A stretch of DNA of 64,000 nucleotides. It comes from an uncultured cyanobacterium (GTDB taxonomy: Bacteria; Cyanobacteriota; Cyanobacteriia; Cyanobacteriales; Nostocaceae). Position 1 is the first letter of the stretch, and each line of letters starts with the position of its first letter. The stretch is from contig CAVUDP010000004.1 of assembly GCA_963740315.1 (NCBI GenBank), positions 896,001 through 960,000 of the forward strand, read 5' to 3'. A program made the translations under genes and the position numbers. A model generated the notes under the pieces. That model made no database searches. It was given only the letters and a program-made list of their open reading frames with translations, and had not been told where the DNA came from. Of the stretch, positions 1 through 10,011 are shown in pieces.

Positions 1-36
1 CGGAGGAAGCAACTTCAAATTCTTTTTTTCTTCCTC

Positions 37-173
37 TGCCCCCTCTGCCTCCTCTGCTCTCTTCTGCCCATCTCCCCATCTCCCCATCTCCCTATCTCCC
101 CATCTCCCCATCTCCCCCTCTTCCCCATCTCCCCCTCTTCCCCCTCTCCCCCTCTTCCCCCTCTCCCCCCTCC
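37..173. repeat. Pyrimidine-rich short tandem repeat array (CCCCATCT / CCCCTCTT units), STRR-like
   Basis: Many tandem copies of ccccatct and cccctctt visible; typical of filamentous cyanobacteria. Confidence 0.85.
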
Positions 174-275
174 TAAAATTTTAAATATTTACTGAGCTAT
201 TGCTAAATTCTGCGGGTCAAACTGGGATAACTAAAGGTAGGTACACCAAACATATCGTTATTCCCAAGTTTATCT

Positions 276-1007
276 ATGACCTACTGCCTCAGAATTGCCG
301 ACATGGCTGAAAATGAGCGTCCGCGAGAACGCTTGTTAACTCATGGTGCAAAAGTACTAGCTACTGCTGAGTTAATTGCAATTCTACTAGGTACGGGTCA
401 AGGTCCTGGTAAATTGTCTGCTGTAGGTTTGGGACAATATATTCTACAGGAATTAGGCAAGCATCAGCGCGAACCTTTGGTAGTTTTACGAGATATCAGC
501 GCCGCAGAATTGATCGAAATTCCCGGAATTGGACCGGCAAAGGCAACGGCGATTTTAGCGGCTATAGAATTAGGCAAACGTGCTTTTCAATCTCGTCCGG
601 GAGAAGGAACATTAATTGATAGTCCAGCATCTGCGGCTGCTGCACTGAGTCAAGATTTGATGTGGCAGCAGCAAGAAAGGTTTGCGGTAGTGCTATTAGA
701 TGTGAAAAATCGTTTGTTGGGAACCCAAGTAATTACGATTGGAACCGCAACAGAAACTTTAGCACCCCCTCGCGAGATATTTCGGGAGGTAATTCGTCAA
801 GGCGCAACCCGTTTAATAGTCGCACACAACCACCCTTCAGCAAACCTCGAACCCAGCCCAGAAGATATTGAATTAACTCGCCAGTTGTTAGGTGGAGCGC
901 AATTTTTACAAATTCCTCTGATAGACCATTTAATACTCGGTGATGGAGATTTCCAAAGTTTGCGCGAAATTACTACTTTGTGGGATGAATATCCGCAGGC
1001 AGATTAA
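276..1007 (+). CDS. radC: RadC family JAB-domain protein
   Basis: N-terminal ERPRERLL, HhH-like [12 protein letters not shown] motif AHNHPS...PSPED...DHLI. Confidence 0.95.
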   Translation: MTYCLRIADMAENERPRERLLTHGAKVLATAELIAILLGTGQGPGKLSAVGLGQYILQELGKHQREPLVVLRDISAAELIEIPGIGPAKATAILAAIELGKRAFQSRPGEGTLIDSPASAAAALSQDLMWQQQERFAVVLLDVKNRLLGTQVITIGTATETLAPPREIFREVIRQGATRLIVAHNHPSANLEPSPEDIELTRQLLGGAQFLQIPLIDHLILGDGDFQSLREITTLWDEYPQAD

Positions 1008-1016
1008 TATTGCAAC

Positions 1017-1059
1017 AAAAAATGTAGAGAGGTGCTAAGCATCCGTCTCTACATTTTTT
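1017..1059. terminator. REP-like hairpin (TGTAGAGA...TCTCTACA) flanked by A and T runs; probable bidirectional terminator between radC and the EPS cluster
   Basis: aaaaaatgtagaga ... tctctacatttttt inverted repeat between convergent genes. Confidence 0.65.
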
Positions 1060-1179
1060 TATGTTTTATTGTAATTTAAACCAAAAACCACATTATCAAT
1101 TAATACATTAATTATTCTTTTGATGTTGATATTACCTGCTTTTAAAGCATAGGAGGGAAAATCATCAGCAACGCTTTCT

Positions 1180-2622
1180 TTAATAGGCTCCTTTTTTTTC
1201 TACAATAACTTTGATGGTTTGCAAGATAATCTGCAAGTCTAATGAAAGCGACCAATTTTCCATGTAGGTTTTATCTAGATCGATCACTTTCTCGAAGTCG
1301 ATAATATCTGAACGACCGGAGATTTGCCACAAACCTGTTATTCCGGGGAGAACTTCTTGACGAATGAAGTGGTGGTCGGAAAATTTTTGTACATCTCTTA
1401 TAGGTAAAGGACGAGGACCAACTAAACTCATTTCTCCAAACAGAACGTTAAACAGTTGAGGAAACTCATCTAAACTATACTGACGGAGAAATTTTCCTAC
1501 TTTGGTAATGCGCGGATCGTCTTTGATTTTAAAGAGAATTCCATCTTTGGTTTCGTTTTGTGCTTCTAACTGTTTTTGTAATTCATCTGCATTCGTCACC
1601 ATCGTGCGGAATTTCCATACTTTGAAAGATTTTCCATGTAAACCAACGCGAGTTTGTTTGTAGAAAACAGGACCTGGAGAATCGAATTTGATTAGTAAAG
1701 CAATCAACAGATAAATTGGTGACGCGAATAAAATAAAAAACGCCGAACTACAAAAATCGAAATACCGTTTTATCCAAAAATCACTACCTGTAATAGTTGG
1801 TGGCATAAAATTCAATATTGGAATACCACCAAGCATTTTTAATTCTAATCTTTGCTCTACAGCTTGTAATTCAATCGGTAAAATATGTAAGATAACGCCT
1901 GCATTTCTTAATTTCCAGTAGAGGTACATTCTACTTTCTATAGACTGCCAGGAACAAACAAAAACTTCTGCTATTCCTTGACGGATAATTTCATCTAAAG
2001 TCGCGGCTAAATGACCTTTGGATGAAGCGATTAAATCAACATCCTTCCAACCGACAAGATTGTAACAGTTTTGTTTATCTAAAAGTTTTATAGCTTTATT
2101 TTTATCTTGTGGAGAACAGATTAGATATGTGGGACAAGTAATTACATTTTGCTTTCTCAGGCGCATAATGGCAGTATTTACCATAAATCTACCAGAGCAA
2201 GCGATCGCTATGCTCAAAAGCCACGCTGTAATAAAGGTCGATCTGGGAAATAAATTATTTTGTAGGTAAAGATATCCGAAAAGTAGTAGCAGGAAATAGG
2301 AGAATGTTATTGTTTTGCTGAAATTAAAATAATCGCGGCGTTTCTCTCCTGCTTCGTATAATCCTTGAGTTGCAATCAGACAAATTTGAATGGCAATAGT
2401 TGACAAGATAAAAATTAAATTGTCTTGCTCAAACCAGTCTGCATTAGAGTTTATGCCGTAAGCTTGTGCTATCTTCCAAGCTAATCCCAAGCATATTGCA
2501 TCTACTGCAATCAGAATTGTTCTACGAAGCCATATCGCACCAACTCTTTTACGTAATTGTGTTAAAGTTGGAGCGCGTAAATCTAAGAGATTATTCCCTG
2601 ATAATTGACTAACAAAAGACAT
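1180..2622 (-). CDS. Priming polyprenyl-phosphate glycosylphosphotransferase (WcaJ/WbaP family)
   Basis: N-terminal TM helices; C-terminal KFRTM, DPRITKVG..LR..SLDE.PQ, MSLVGPRP, PGITGLWQ. Confidence 0.93.
   Translation of the reverse strand: MSFVSQLSGNNLLDLRAPTLTQLRKRVGAIWLRRTILIAVDAICLGLAWKIAQAYGINSNADWFEQDNLIFILSTIAIQICLIATQGLYEAGEKRRDYFNFSKTITFSYFLLLLFGYLYLQNNLFPRSTFITAWLLSIAIACSGRFMVNTAIMRLRKQNVITCPTYLICSPQDKNKAIKLLDKQNCYNLVGWKDVDLIASSKGHLAATLDEIIRQGIAEVFVCSWQSIESRMYLYWKLRNAGVILHILPIELQAVEQRLELKMLGGIPILNFMPPTITGSDFWIKRYFDFCSSAFFILFASPIYLLIALLIKFDSPGPVFYKQTRVGLHGKSFKVWKFRTMVTNADELQKQLEAQNETKDGILFKIKDDPRITKVGKFLRQYSLDEFPQLFNVLFGEMSLVGPRPLPIRDVQKFSDHHFIRQEVLPGITGLWQISGRSDIIDFEKVIDLDKTYMENWSLSLDLQIILQTIKVIVEKKGAY
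2201..2208. repeat. HIP1 octamer GCGATCGC (one of many; others at 4994, 5164, 8684, 9163, 12641)
   Basis: Exact GCGATCGC recurs throughout the window. Confidence 0.9.
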
Positions 2623-3013
2623 AATTTTTGATAACTTATTGGTTAGTTCTATATAAATCGTAATTTATTTCTATGACATTATTGTGACATAATAATATCT
2701 AAAAAGCCTGAAGCAAATTGTTTATTAGCAGAGGCAAAAATAAATTTTTTATTTCTAATATAAGTAGAAAAATGTCTGATTTTAGAATATAAAATAGCTA
2801 ACAATATAATTGTATAAAGAATGCAATATTACCTTATTTCAATATAATAACAGTTGTTATACATTGCAATAAGGTACAATTTGATATTTTGCTCGCATAA
2901 TAAAATCAAAATAGTTTTTATAAATTAGTTAAAAGTTATAATAACTATTTTCTATGTATGACATCTTTTTTATTACTAGATATTGAGAAATTGCAATTAA
3001 AACACAATTAGAA

Positions 3014-4189
3014 TTAACGGCTTGGTGCTGCATCAAAAGCACGCGCGATCGCATTCCAAGCAAATTTGCGTTCTCCATTTATATCCAGCGGTAAAGGACG
3101 AACGGGTGCGCCATCATTTCGGGGTTGAAACTCATTCAACCAAGTATATTTGTCACTTAATCCCCAAGTTAAAATCGCAATTACTGCTGGCTGTTCCAAA
3201 ACTACTTTTAAATAATCGCTGTAGGCTTTGGCAATGATTCGATCGCGGACTTGTACGTTTCTTGGTAACTCTTTGTCGGTAACATCGAGTTCTGTAATCA
3301 AAATTTTCAAACCCATATCGGCAACTTGAGCCAAAAAATCTTTTATTTTACTAGGATTAAAATTGGTTTTGCTACCGTCTAAATGAGCTTGAATACCCAA
3401 AGCATGAATGGGAGTTCCTTGGGATTTTAAACGTTTTAAAAGTTGAATAACGGCGTTTCGCTTGGCTTCATCTGCGGCTATGTCGTAATCCAAACCATAA
3501 TCGTTATAGACTAACATCGCTTTTGGATCGGCTTCATGTGCTAAGCGAAAAGCTAAATCGATGTAATCTTCTCCCAGAAACTCCAACCACGGCGTTTTTC
3601 TTAAACCGTCGGGATGCCCATCTTCTGTTTTGATAGCTTCATTAACTACATCCCAAGAATGGATTTGCCCTCGGTAGCGTCTTACAACGGTTTGGATATG
3701 TTTTTCTAAAAAAGTTTTCGCATTTTGATTATTAACTGTATCTTCAAACCAAGGAGGTAAAGATTCATGCCAGACTAAAGTATGTCCTCGATATTCCATG
3801 CCATGAGTCTTGGCAAAATTAAGCATCCAGTCTGCCGCAGTGAAATCAAAAGATTCGGGTGTAGGACGTAATGCATTTGGATTTACGTGCCATTTCAATC
3901 CCCATTCTGGAAGCAATATTGAGCATTCTTTAATTACACTTTGAGCATATTCGGTATCGCTTGAAAGCTGATCGTAACGTATAGCCGCTCCAAAAAGAAG
4001 TTTTTTCTTAGCGGCGCGTTGTTTTAGAGATTCATCTCCAGGATATTTTATACATTCACAATTCGGGTCATCCAAAGCAAGAATTTGCTGACGTTTTAAC
4101 TCGTCTTTACCTGTAACTACTGCACCCATAGCTGTTAAAGCACCTAGACAAAATAGAAATTTTCGTCTTGTTAATATTTTTTTAGACAT
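3014..4189 (-). CDS. Glycoside hydrolase family 10 (endo-1,4-beta-xylanase-like) with twin-arginine signal
   Basis: TRRKFL Tat motif; RGHTLVWH, WDVVNE (acid/base Glu), YNDY, GIQAH, ITELD (nucleophile Glu). Confidence 0.92.
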   Translation of the reverse strand: MSKKILTRRKFLFCLGALTAMGAVVTGKDELKRQQILALDDPNCECIKYPGDESLKQRAAKKKLLFGAAIRYDQLSSDTEYAQSVIKECSILLPEWGLKWHVNPNALRPTPESFDFTAADWMLNFAKTHGMEYRGHTLVWHESLPPWFEDTVNNQNAKTFLEKHIQTVVRRYRGQIHSWDVVNEAIKTEDGHPDGLRKTPWLEFLGEDYIDLAFRLAHEADPKAMLVYNDYGLDYDIAADEAKRNAVIQLLKRLKSQGTPIHALGIQAHLDGSKTNFNPSKIKDFLAQVADMGLKILITELDVTDKELPRNVQVRDRIIAKAYSDYLKVVLEQPAVIAILTWGLSDKYTWLNEFQPRNDGAPVRPLPLDINGERKFAWNAIARAFDAAPSR

Positions 4190-4198
4190 CGGTAATTC

Positions 4199-4957
4199 CT
4201 AAGCAAGCTTGTAAAAACCGAGTCGTTGCTTGATTACCAACCACATAAATTGGGGATTTCCCATTACATAACGTTTCCACAAACGTTTTGGTTCGACAAT
4301 CAAGCGGAATAACCACTCTAATCCCCATTTTTGCATCCACAAAGGCGCTCGTTGCACCATATCAGCAACCAATTCAAAACTAACCCCAATACCTAAAGAA
4401 ACAGGTACTCCTAATTCTTGATAATTCTCATATATCCACTTTTCTTGTTTGGGAGCGCCTAATCCTACAAACAGAATATCTGGCGCTGCTGCTTTAATTT
4501 TGGAATTGATTAACGCTAATTCTTCTGGTTGTGATTCAAATCCATAGGGTGGACAGTGTGTTCCAACTATTTTCAGATCGGGATGCCGGGAAAGCAAAAC
4601 TCTCTTAGCCGCTTCAGCAGCGCCGGGACGACCACCCAGTAAGAATATTTTCAGTCCTTTCTTTTCGGCAACAGCAGATAATTCTTCAAATAAATCAGTT
4701 CCATTAACGCGACCATTTAACGGTGTTTGCAAGAATTTAGCAGACCATAATAATGAAACACCATCGGGTACAGCTAAAAATGCTTTGTCGTAAATATCGC
4801 GAAAACCAGCATCGCGTTGAAGACTTAAAACGTGTTGTGCGTTGGGAGTAACTACGTAGGAAGGAAGAACACCTGTAAGAGCATGGTCTACAATGCGTTC
4901 TGTCACCTCATCGAAACTGTAGTTGTCAATTTTTACTCCGCAGATATTTACTTTCAT
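4199..4957 (-). CDS. WecB/TagA/CpsF family glycosyltransferase (GT26)
   Basis: VTPN, PDG, RVNGTDL, FVGLGAPKQE, RAP.WMQ..GLEWLFRL. Confidence 0.93.
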   Translation of the reverse strand: MKVNICGVKIDNYSFDEVTERIVDHALTGVLPSYVVTPNAQHVLSLQRDAGFRDIYDKAFLAVPDGVSLLWSAKFLQTPLNGRVNGTDLFEELSAVAEKKGLKIFLLGGRPGAAEAAKRVLLSRHPDLKIVGTHCPPYGFESQPEELALINSKIKAAAPDILFVGLGAPKQEKWIYENYQELGVPVSLGIGVSFELVADMVQRAPLWMQKWGLEWLFRLIVEPKRLWKRYVMGNPQFMWLVIKQRLGFYKLA

Positions 4958-5051
4958 GATTTAATCTCCAATAGTTTCTAGATTTGCAATTTTGCGATCG
5001 CCCTCGTCAGATTTCAGGACTTCTAGACCACAAGAAGACACGCTACGCTTG

Positions 5052-5116
5052 AGAAGTCGGGTTTTTAGAAAATTTGTAAGTGTATTACAGATACGTATTC
5101 TAAAAACCCGACTTCT
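5052..5116. repeat. Perfect 19-bp inverted repeat in an intergenic spacer bounded by two HIP1 sites
   Basis: agaagtcgggtttttagaa (5052-5070) / ttctaaaaacccgacttct (5098-5116); HIP1 at 4994 and 5164. Confidence 0.85.
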
Positions 5117-5183
5117 GACCATTAAAATTAGGGGTGCGCTATTTAAGCCGTGTAGTACTAGTAGCGATCGCACTTCGTTAAAT

Positions 5184-6311
5184 TCAACCTTTCGCAGTTT
5201 TGATTAATTCTCCAGCAACTGGTAAAAGAGAATTTTTTGATTTAGAGGCTAGCACCGAATTATAAATTTCATGAAGTTGAGAAGAATAGACTTTGATATC
5301 GAAAGGAGTAACAGTAAGTCTGGCTGCATTTCCCAAAGAGACTCTCAAAGAATTATTCTCAATCAATTCCTGCATTGCCCCAGATAGCTGTTGGATATCT
5401 CCGGGAGTAACTAACAAACCATTCTCTGTGGAAATAATCAATTCAGGGATACCACCTACTGGCGTAACTATTGCAGGTAAACCCCAACCCATTGCTTCTA
5501 AAAGAGCCATTGGTAAACCTTCGTTGTAGGAAGGTAAAACAAATACGTCAATCTGTGCAAGCAATTTATCTCTAGTTTGAGAGTCTATCCAACCGAGGAA
5601 TTCAACCCGGTTTGTCAGATTAAAGCTTTCAACTAATCTACGTGCTTCTTCAATATCTCCATCTCCAGCAACGATTAACTCAGAGCGGTTTTTTAACGCT
5701 TCTGGCATTGTCGCAAAGGCTCTGATTAAATCAAATGTTCCTTTACGCGAACCAACTCTTCCGAAAAAGCCTAATTTAATAGATGAAGTATTTGTTCGGT
5801 TGGGAATTTGAGCGGGTAATTCCGTAGGATTGGGTAGAACTAAAACTTTTTTTGCGTTCAATCCCAAGTTATTTATATAGTATTCTTCCCAGGTTTTGGA
5901 AAGAACAATAAAATCATCGCAGCAACGAAATACTTTATTTAAAACTAACTGCGCCCATTTGGGAAGTTTAGAGTAAGTTACGTGGAATTCGGCACCGTGG
6001 GCGTGCATTAAAACGGGTTTGTTAAATATAAAAGCAATCAGCGTAATTATTGCTTTTCGTACCAAGCTACCGCCGTCTGAAATATGAATGTGTACTATAT
6101 CGGCTTTATTACTTAGTAAATTCCATAATAGTAATGTAAAAGCTTTGATAAAAACTTTGATTCTATGGATAACTGTACCTTCATCATGGGTAGTTATATG
6201 TTGAAACTCAACACCATTAGGAGCGTGGTTGAGCATCAGTTTTTCTACAGTTGCTATACCTCCATTTTGTTCGAGGCTAGCACCCAACATGAGAATATTT
6301 AATTTGCTCAT
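5184..6311 (-). CDS. Glycosyltransferase family 4 (GT-B)
   Basis: GRVGSRKG, FVLPSYNEGLPMALLEAM (EX7E), VGGIPE. Confidence 0.93.
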   Translation of the reverse strand: MSKLNILMLGASLEQNGGIATVEKLMLNHAPNGVEFQHITTHDEGTVIHRIKVFIKAFTLLLWNLLSNKADIVHIHISDGGSLVRKAIITLIAFIFNKPVLMHAHGAEFHVTYSKLPKWAQLVLNKVFRCCDDFIVLSKTWEEYYINNLGLNAKKVLVLPNPTELPAQIPNRTNTSSIKLGFFGRVGSRKGTFDLIRAFATMPEALKNRSELIVAGDGDIEEARRLVESFNLTNRVEFLGWIDSQTRDKLLAQIDVFVLPSYNEGLPMALLEAMGWGLPAIVTPVGGIPELIISTENGLLVTPGDIQQLSGAMQELIENNSLRVSLGNAARLTVTPFDIKVYSSQLHEIYNSVLASKSKNSLLPVAGELIKTAKG

Positions 6312-6566
6312 ATGCCCCTGAAATTAAAATGAATTAAAAAAATTAATCAAAAAAATGCGTTTGGTAAAATTTTTTCCTGTAATTAAATCCGGAGAATTTT
6401 ATTAAATTTATCCTTCTTTAAAAATCGCACAGAGAAAATTAATTTGCATCAGCATAATTACAGAAAGGAATACTCAATTTGATAATTGGTGGTAAACAGG
6501 TAATTTGCTTGTGCTTTTTAGAATATAAAAAGGGCTAAAGCCCTTACTACGAACGAAGAAAGTTTT

Positions 6567-9068
6567 TTATTTACTTAAGCAACCACTAAGTTGTTTGGCT
6601 AAAAGCTCGGCATTCTCTGGCTTTAATAACATAGAGCGATGAGTTCCGGGAATTTTATGTACTTCGACTTCAGTAGCCCATTTATCCCAACCAAAATTAG
6701 TATCTTCAAGTCCATAAAATTCAAATGTGGCTATGAAAATATTGATTTTACCCGGTAATGGTTTGACCGAGTATTCATTTACGAATTCTTTAAGGGCTGG
6801 TATTAATGGTTGAAATGATTCGGTAAGCTTGAACTCTACTCGCTCCTTAAAAAAGCTGGTTTTGTCTTTCCAAGAAAATCCTAGAATAATTTTAAGCCGT
6901 TGATAACGTTTGAATAATAATCTAGCTTCTTCTGCTCGCTTTTCTATTTCTGGAGTAGGAGTATCAAGCATTCCTAAAAAAGCTACTTGTTGATTTTGTG
7001 CGTATAATTGCTGGGCTATTTCGTAACTAACTAAACCTTCATAGGAATGACCCATTAAATGATATGGACCATTTGGCTGAATATCGCGTATTTTTTGGAT
7101 ACAGCGAGATGCCATTTCTGGAGCTTTATCTAACGGCTCCTGTACTATATGCACTGGCTGCTCTGTATCTAAATCCTCTATCAATTGCTGATACAAAAAA
7201 CCGTTATTTGCAATGATAAATAAAGGTGGTTTTTTACCATGTTGATTGAGTTTGATAACGCTTTCTGCATGAATTTCTTCTTGAGTAAGAATAGCAGCCA
7301 ATTTTTCAATTGTTGAAGCTTTAAAAAATATTCCTGGCTCCAGTTTTTTGTCAAATACCTTCTCGATTTTAGCCACAATTGATGTAGCCATCAGCGAATT
7401 ACCACCCAAGGAAAAGAAGTTATCTTTAATCCCAATTGGCTGAATGCGGAAAGCTTGTTCCCAGATAGCGATTAATTTCTGTTCTACATCGTTGCTAGCG
7501 GATAAATATTCTTCTTCTAAATTAAGATTGGTTTTATCAGGTTTGGGAAGAGCCTTACGGTCTACTTTATCATTTGGAGTTAAGGGTAGAGCTTCTAGAA
7601 TGACAAATCCTGACGGAATCATGTATTCGGGTAGCCTGCTTTTAGAAAAATCTTTTAATTCTTTGCTTGCAGGTGGTTCATTTCGGGGAACGATATAAGC
7701 TATTAAACGTTTTTCCCCAGCTTCGTATTCTTGAGGAATAACAACAGCTTCTTTGACAGCAGAATGTTGGTTGAGAACAGTTTCAATTTCTCCTAACTCA
7801 ATCCTGAAACCGCGAATCTTTACCTGATGGTCGATACGACCAAGAAAATCAATATTACCGTCGGGAAGAAAACGAGCTAAATCTCCAGATTTGTACATTC
7901 GCATTCCCGGATTAAACGGGTTGGGAACAAACTTCTGTGCTGTTAATTCCGGTCGGTTTAAATAGCCGGATGCTAAACCATCACCACTAATATATAATTC
8001 ACCGGGGACACCTACGGGAAGAGGCTGCAAGTGACTATCTAGAATATAAACTTGGGTGTTAGAAATGGAATAACCTATTGGTAAAGCCTTATCTGCTGGA
8101 TGATTTTTGGGAACTCGATAACAGCAAGTAAATGTTGTATTTTCTGTGGGACCATAACCATTAATTAACTGACAGTTGGGATGAGTTTGCTGTAGTTTTT
8201 GAGCGTGAATCGGTGAAATAATATCTCCACCTGCTAACAATTGTCGAACTCCTTTAAAGCTTTGGAGTTGTTCGTCTACCATCAGATGAAATAAACCTGC
8301 TGTTAACCAAAGAGTTGAAATCTGATATTTTTCTAATGTTTCTCCTAATTGTTGAAGTGAAGGTTGTTGAATTGGTAAAAGAACCAGTTTTCCTCCATTA
8401 AGTAAAGCCCCCCAAATCTCAAATGTGGAAGCATCAAAGGAAATTGGAGCAGCTTGTAATATAATTTCTGACGCACTTAAATTGACGTAATTACTCGATT
8501 TAACTAACCTGACAACTCCTTGATGAAGAATACAAACCCCTTTTGGTATTCCTGTTGAACCAGAAGTGTACATGATGTAGGCTAAATTTTCTGGTGTTAC
8601 TAACTCAATGGGATTTTCAGCGCTGTTTTGAACAATTGTTTCCCATTCAGTATCGAGATTTATAACCTCACCCCGATATTCCTGCGATCGCTCCCTCTGC
8701 TTATCAAGGAGGGATGTTGTTATCAACACTTTCACCCCAGCATCTTTTAAGATAAAAGTCAATCTCTCTTGAGGATATGCTGGATCTAAAGGTACATAAG
8801 TTCCCCCAGCTTTGAGAATTGCTAATATTCCAATAATTGCTTCGGTCGAATGTTGCAAATAAATCCCTACGGGTGTTTGCGATTTTACTCCCAAGTTGCG
8901 GAGATGATGAGCTAGTTGATTAGCTTTGATATTTAATTGCTCGTAGGTAAATTTTTGATTTTGCCAAACAAGGGCTGTATTACTCGGCGTTTGTGCTACT
9001 TGTTCTTCAAAAAGTTGATGGATGCATTTTTTGGGATAATCAAATGCTGTTTGATTCCATTCAGTCAA
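6567..9068 (-). CDS. NRPS-like A-T-TE protein (copy 2), in frame with 9072..9791 across one TGA
   Basis: YTSGSTG.PKG, FDAS, YGPTE, SGDL, QVKIRGFRIE; carrier LGGNSL; thioesterase GHSYEG and PGTH; TTG start one codon after the in-frame stop. Confidence 0.85.
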   Translation of the reverse strand: MTEWNQTAFDYPKKCIHQLFEEQVAQTPSNTALVWQNQKFTYEQLNIKANQLAHHLRNLGVKSQTPVGIYLQHSTEAIIGILAILKAGGTYVPLDPAYPQERLTFILKDAGVKVLITTSLLDKQRERSQEYRGEVINLDTEWETIVQNSAENPIELVTPENLAYIMYTSGSTGIPKGVCILHQGVVRLVKSSNYVNLSASEIILQAAPISFDASTFEIWGALLNGGKLVLLPIQQPSLQQLGETLEKYQISTLWLTAGLFHLMVDEQLQSFKGVRQLLAGGDIISPIHAQKLQQTHPNCQLINGYGPTENTTFTCCYRVPKNHPADKALPIGYSISNTQVYILDSHLQPLPVGVPGELYISGDGLASGYLNRPELTAQKFVPNPFNPGMRMYKSGDLARFLPDGNIDFLGRIDHQVKIRGFRIELGEIETVLNQHSAVKEAVVIPQEYEAGEKRLIAYIVPRNEPPASKELKDFSKSRLPEYMIPSGFVILEALPLTPNDKVDRKALPKPDKTNLNLEEEYLSASNDVEQKLIAIWEQAFRIQPIGIKDNFFSLGGNSLMATSIVAKIEKVFDKKLEPGIFFKASTIEKLAAILTQEEIHAESVIKLNQHGKKPPLFIIANNGFLYQQLIEDLDTEQPVHIVQEPLDKAPEMASRCIQKIRDIQPNGPYHLMGHSYEGLVSYEIAQQLYAQNQQVAFLGMLDTPTPEIEKRAEEARLLFKRYQRLKIILGFSWKDKTSFFKERVEFKLTESFQPLIPALKEFVNEYSVKPLPGKINIFIATFEFYGLEDTNFGWDKWATEVEVHKIPGTHRSMLLKPENAELLAKQLSGCLSK

Positions 9069-9071
9069 AAT

Positions 9072-9791
9072 TCAATCGCGTTCGATTTCACTTAAAATTT
9101 TTAATTCGTTAACTTTACAAGCGGGATTTTCAATAACAGCTTCAAGTAAATTATTAAAATGAGCGATCGCCCGCTTCATAGTTTGCGGTTCAAACAATTC
9201 TTGATTGTATGTTACGGTTCCTTTCAAGCCTTGTTGCGATTCAACTAAAACGAAAGACAAATCTAATTTAAATTCTTCAATATCGATTGCTAATGCGATA
9301 TCACTTCTAGAGGTATCTAGCAAGCTAAACATTACTTGAAAAATACTGGATTTATTTTGTTTATTAGTAATAGATAATTTTTTTACAAGTTGCGACCAAG
9401 AAAAGTCTTGATGCTTCAAATCTTCGGTAACAACTCGATCTAATTGTTTTAGAAATTCACTAAATGGTATATTACCCGATATATTAGTTCTGAAAGGTAA
9501 TGTATTGAATAAATAATTAGATTGAGGAATATAAGAACCAACAATAATATCTTCTTGAGTAGTGTATCTATAAAGCAAGCATTTGAAAGCAGCTAATAAA
9601 GTTGTAAAAAATGTAGTCTCAAACTGCCGATTTATTGTTTTAATCGATTGGCAAAGTTCTTGAGAAAAAACAAAAGCTTCTATTCCAACCCGGTTATCTC
9701 GATCGGGACTTCTTAATTTATCTGTAGTTAATTCTAAAACTGGCAGTTTACTAAGTTTTTTTTGCCAGTATTCTAAATTGCGATCGGACAT
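9072..9791 (-). CDS. C-terminal half of an NRPS condensation domain, no HHxxxDG (N-terminal part of copy 2)
   Basis: LEYWQKKL..LPVLEL.TD, LLYRYT.QEDIIVG, NTLPFR, FQVMF; collinear with the first ~240 aa of 10012..13275. Confidence 0.8.
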   Translation of the reverse strand: MSDRNLEYWQKKLSKLPVLELTTDKLRSPDRDNRVGIEAFVFSQELCQSIKTINRQFETTFFTTLLAAFKCLLYRYTTQEDIIVGSYIPQSNYLFNTLPFRTNISGNIPFSEFLKQLDRVVTEDLKHQDFSWSQLVKKLSITNKQNKSSIFQVMFSLLDTSRSDIALAIDIEEFKLDLSFVLVESQQGLKGTVTYNQELFEPQTMKRAIAHFNNLLEAVIENPACKVNELKILSEIERD

Positions 9792-9950
9792 AATATATAG
9801 TTGGTGAAAGATGCACTTGTTATCCGTATATCTTTTTTTAACAAATTAATTATTATATTTCTTTAGAGAATATACTTAAAAAATAATCTCCTAATTATCT
9901 CTAGAAGCCCGTAACACCAGAATCTTAATGCATAAAATTAGCCTCAAACC

Positions 9951-9984
9951 TTAACGCACCAAAACTTGGTAGCATGGTGCGTTA
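9951..9984. repeat. REP-like palindrome TAACGCACC...GGTGCGTTA
   Basis: Same arms recur at ~27934-27964. Confidence 0.6.
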
Positions 9985-10011
9985 CTTAATTAAAAACTAA
10001 GAACAATTTTA

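Noticed and set aside
37..173. Tandem repeats as a possible CRISPR array (also 25317-25507 and 51026-51105)
   Set aside because: Units are 7-9 bp with no unique spacers, and no cas genes are present; these are STRRs
9072..9074. TGA as a selenocysteine codon
   Set aside because: The aligned residue in the paralogue is Gln in a linker, not Cys, and no SECIS-like hairpin is evident downstream
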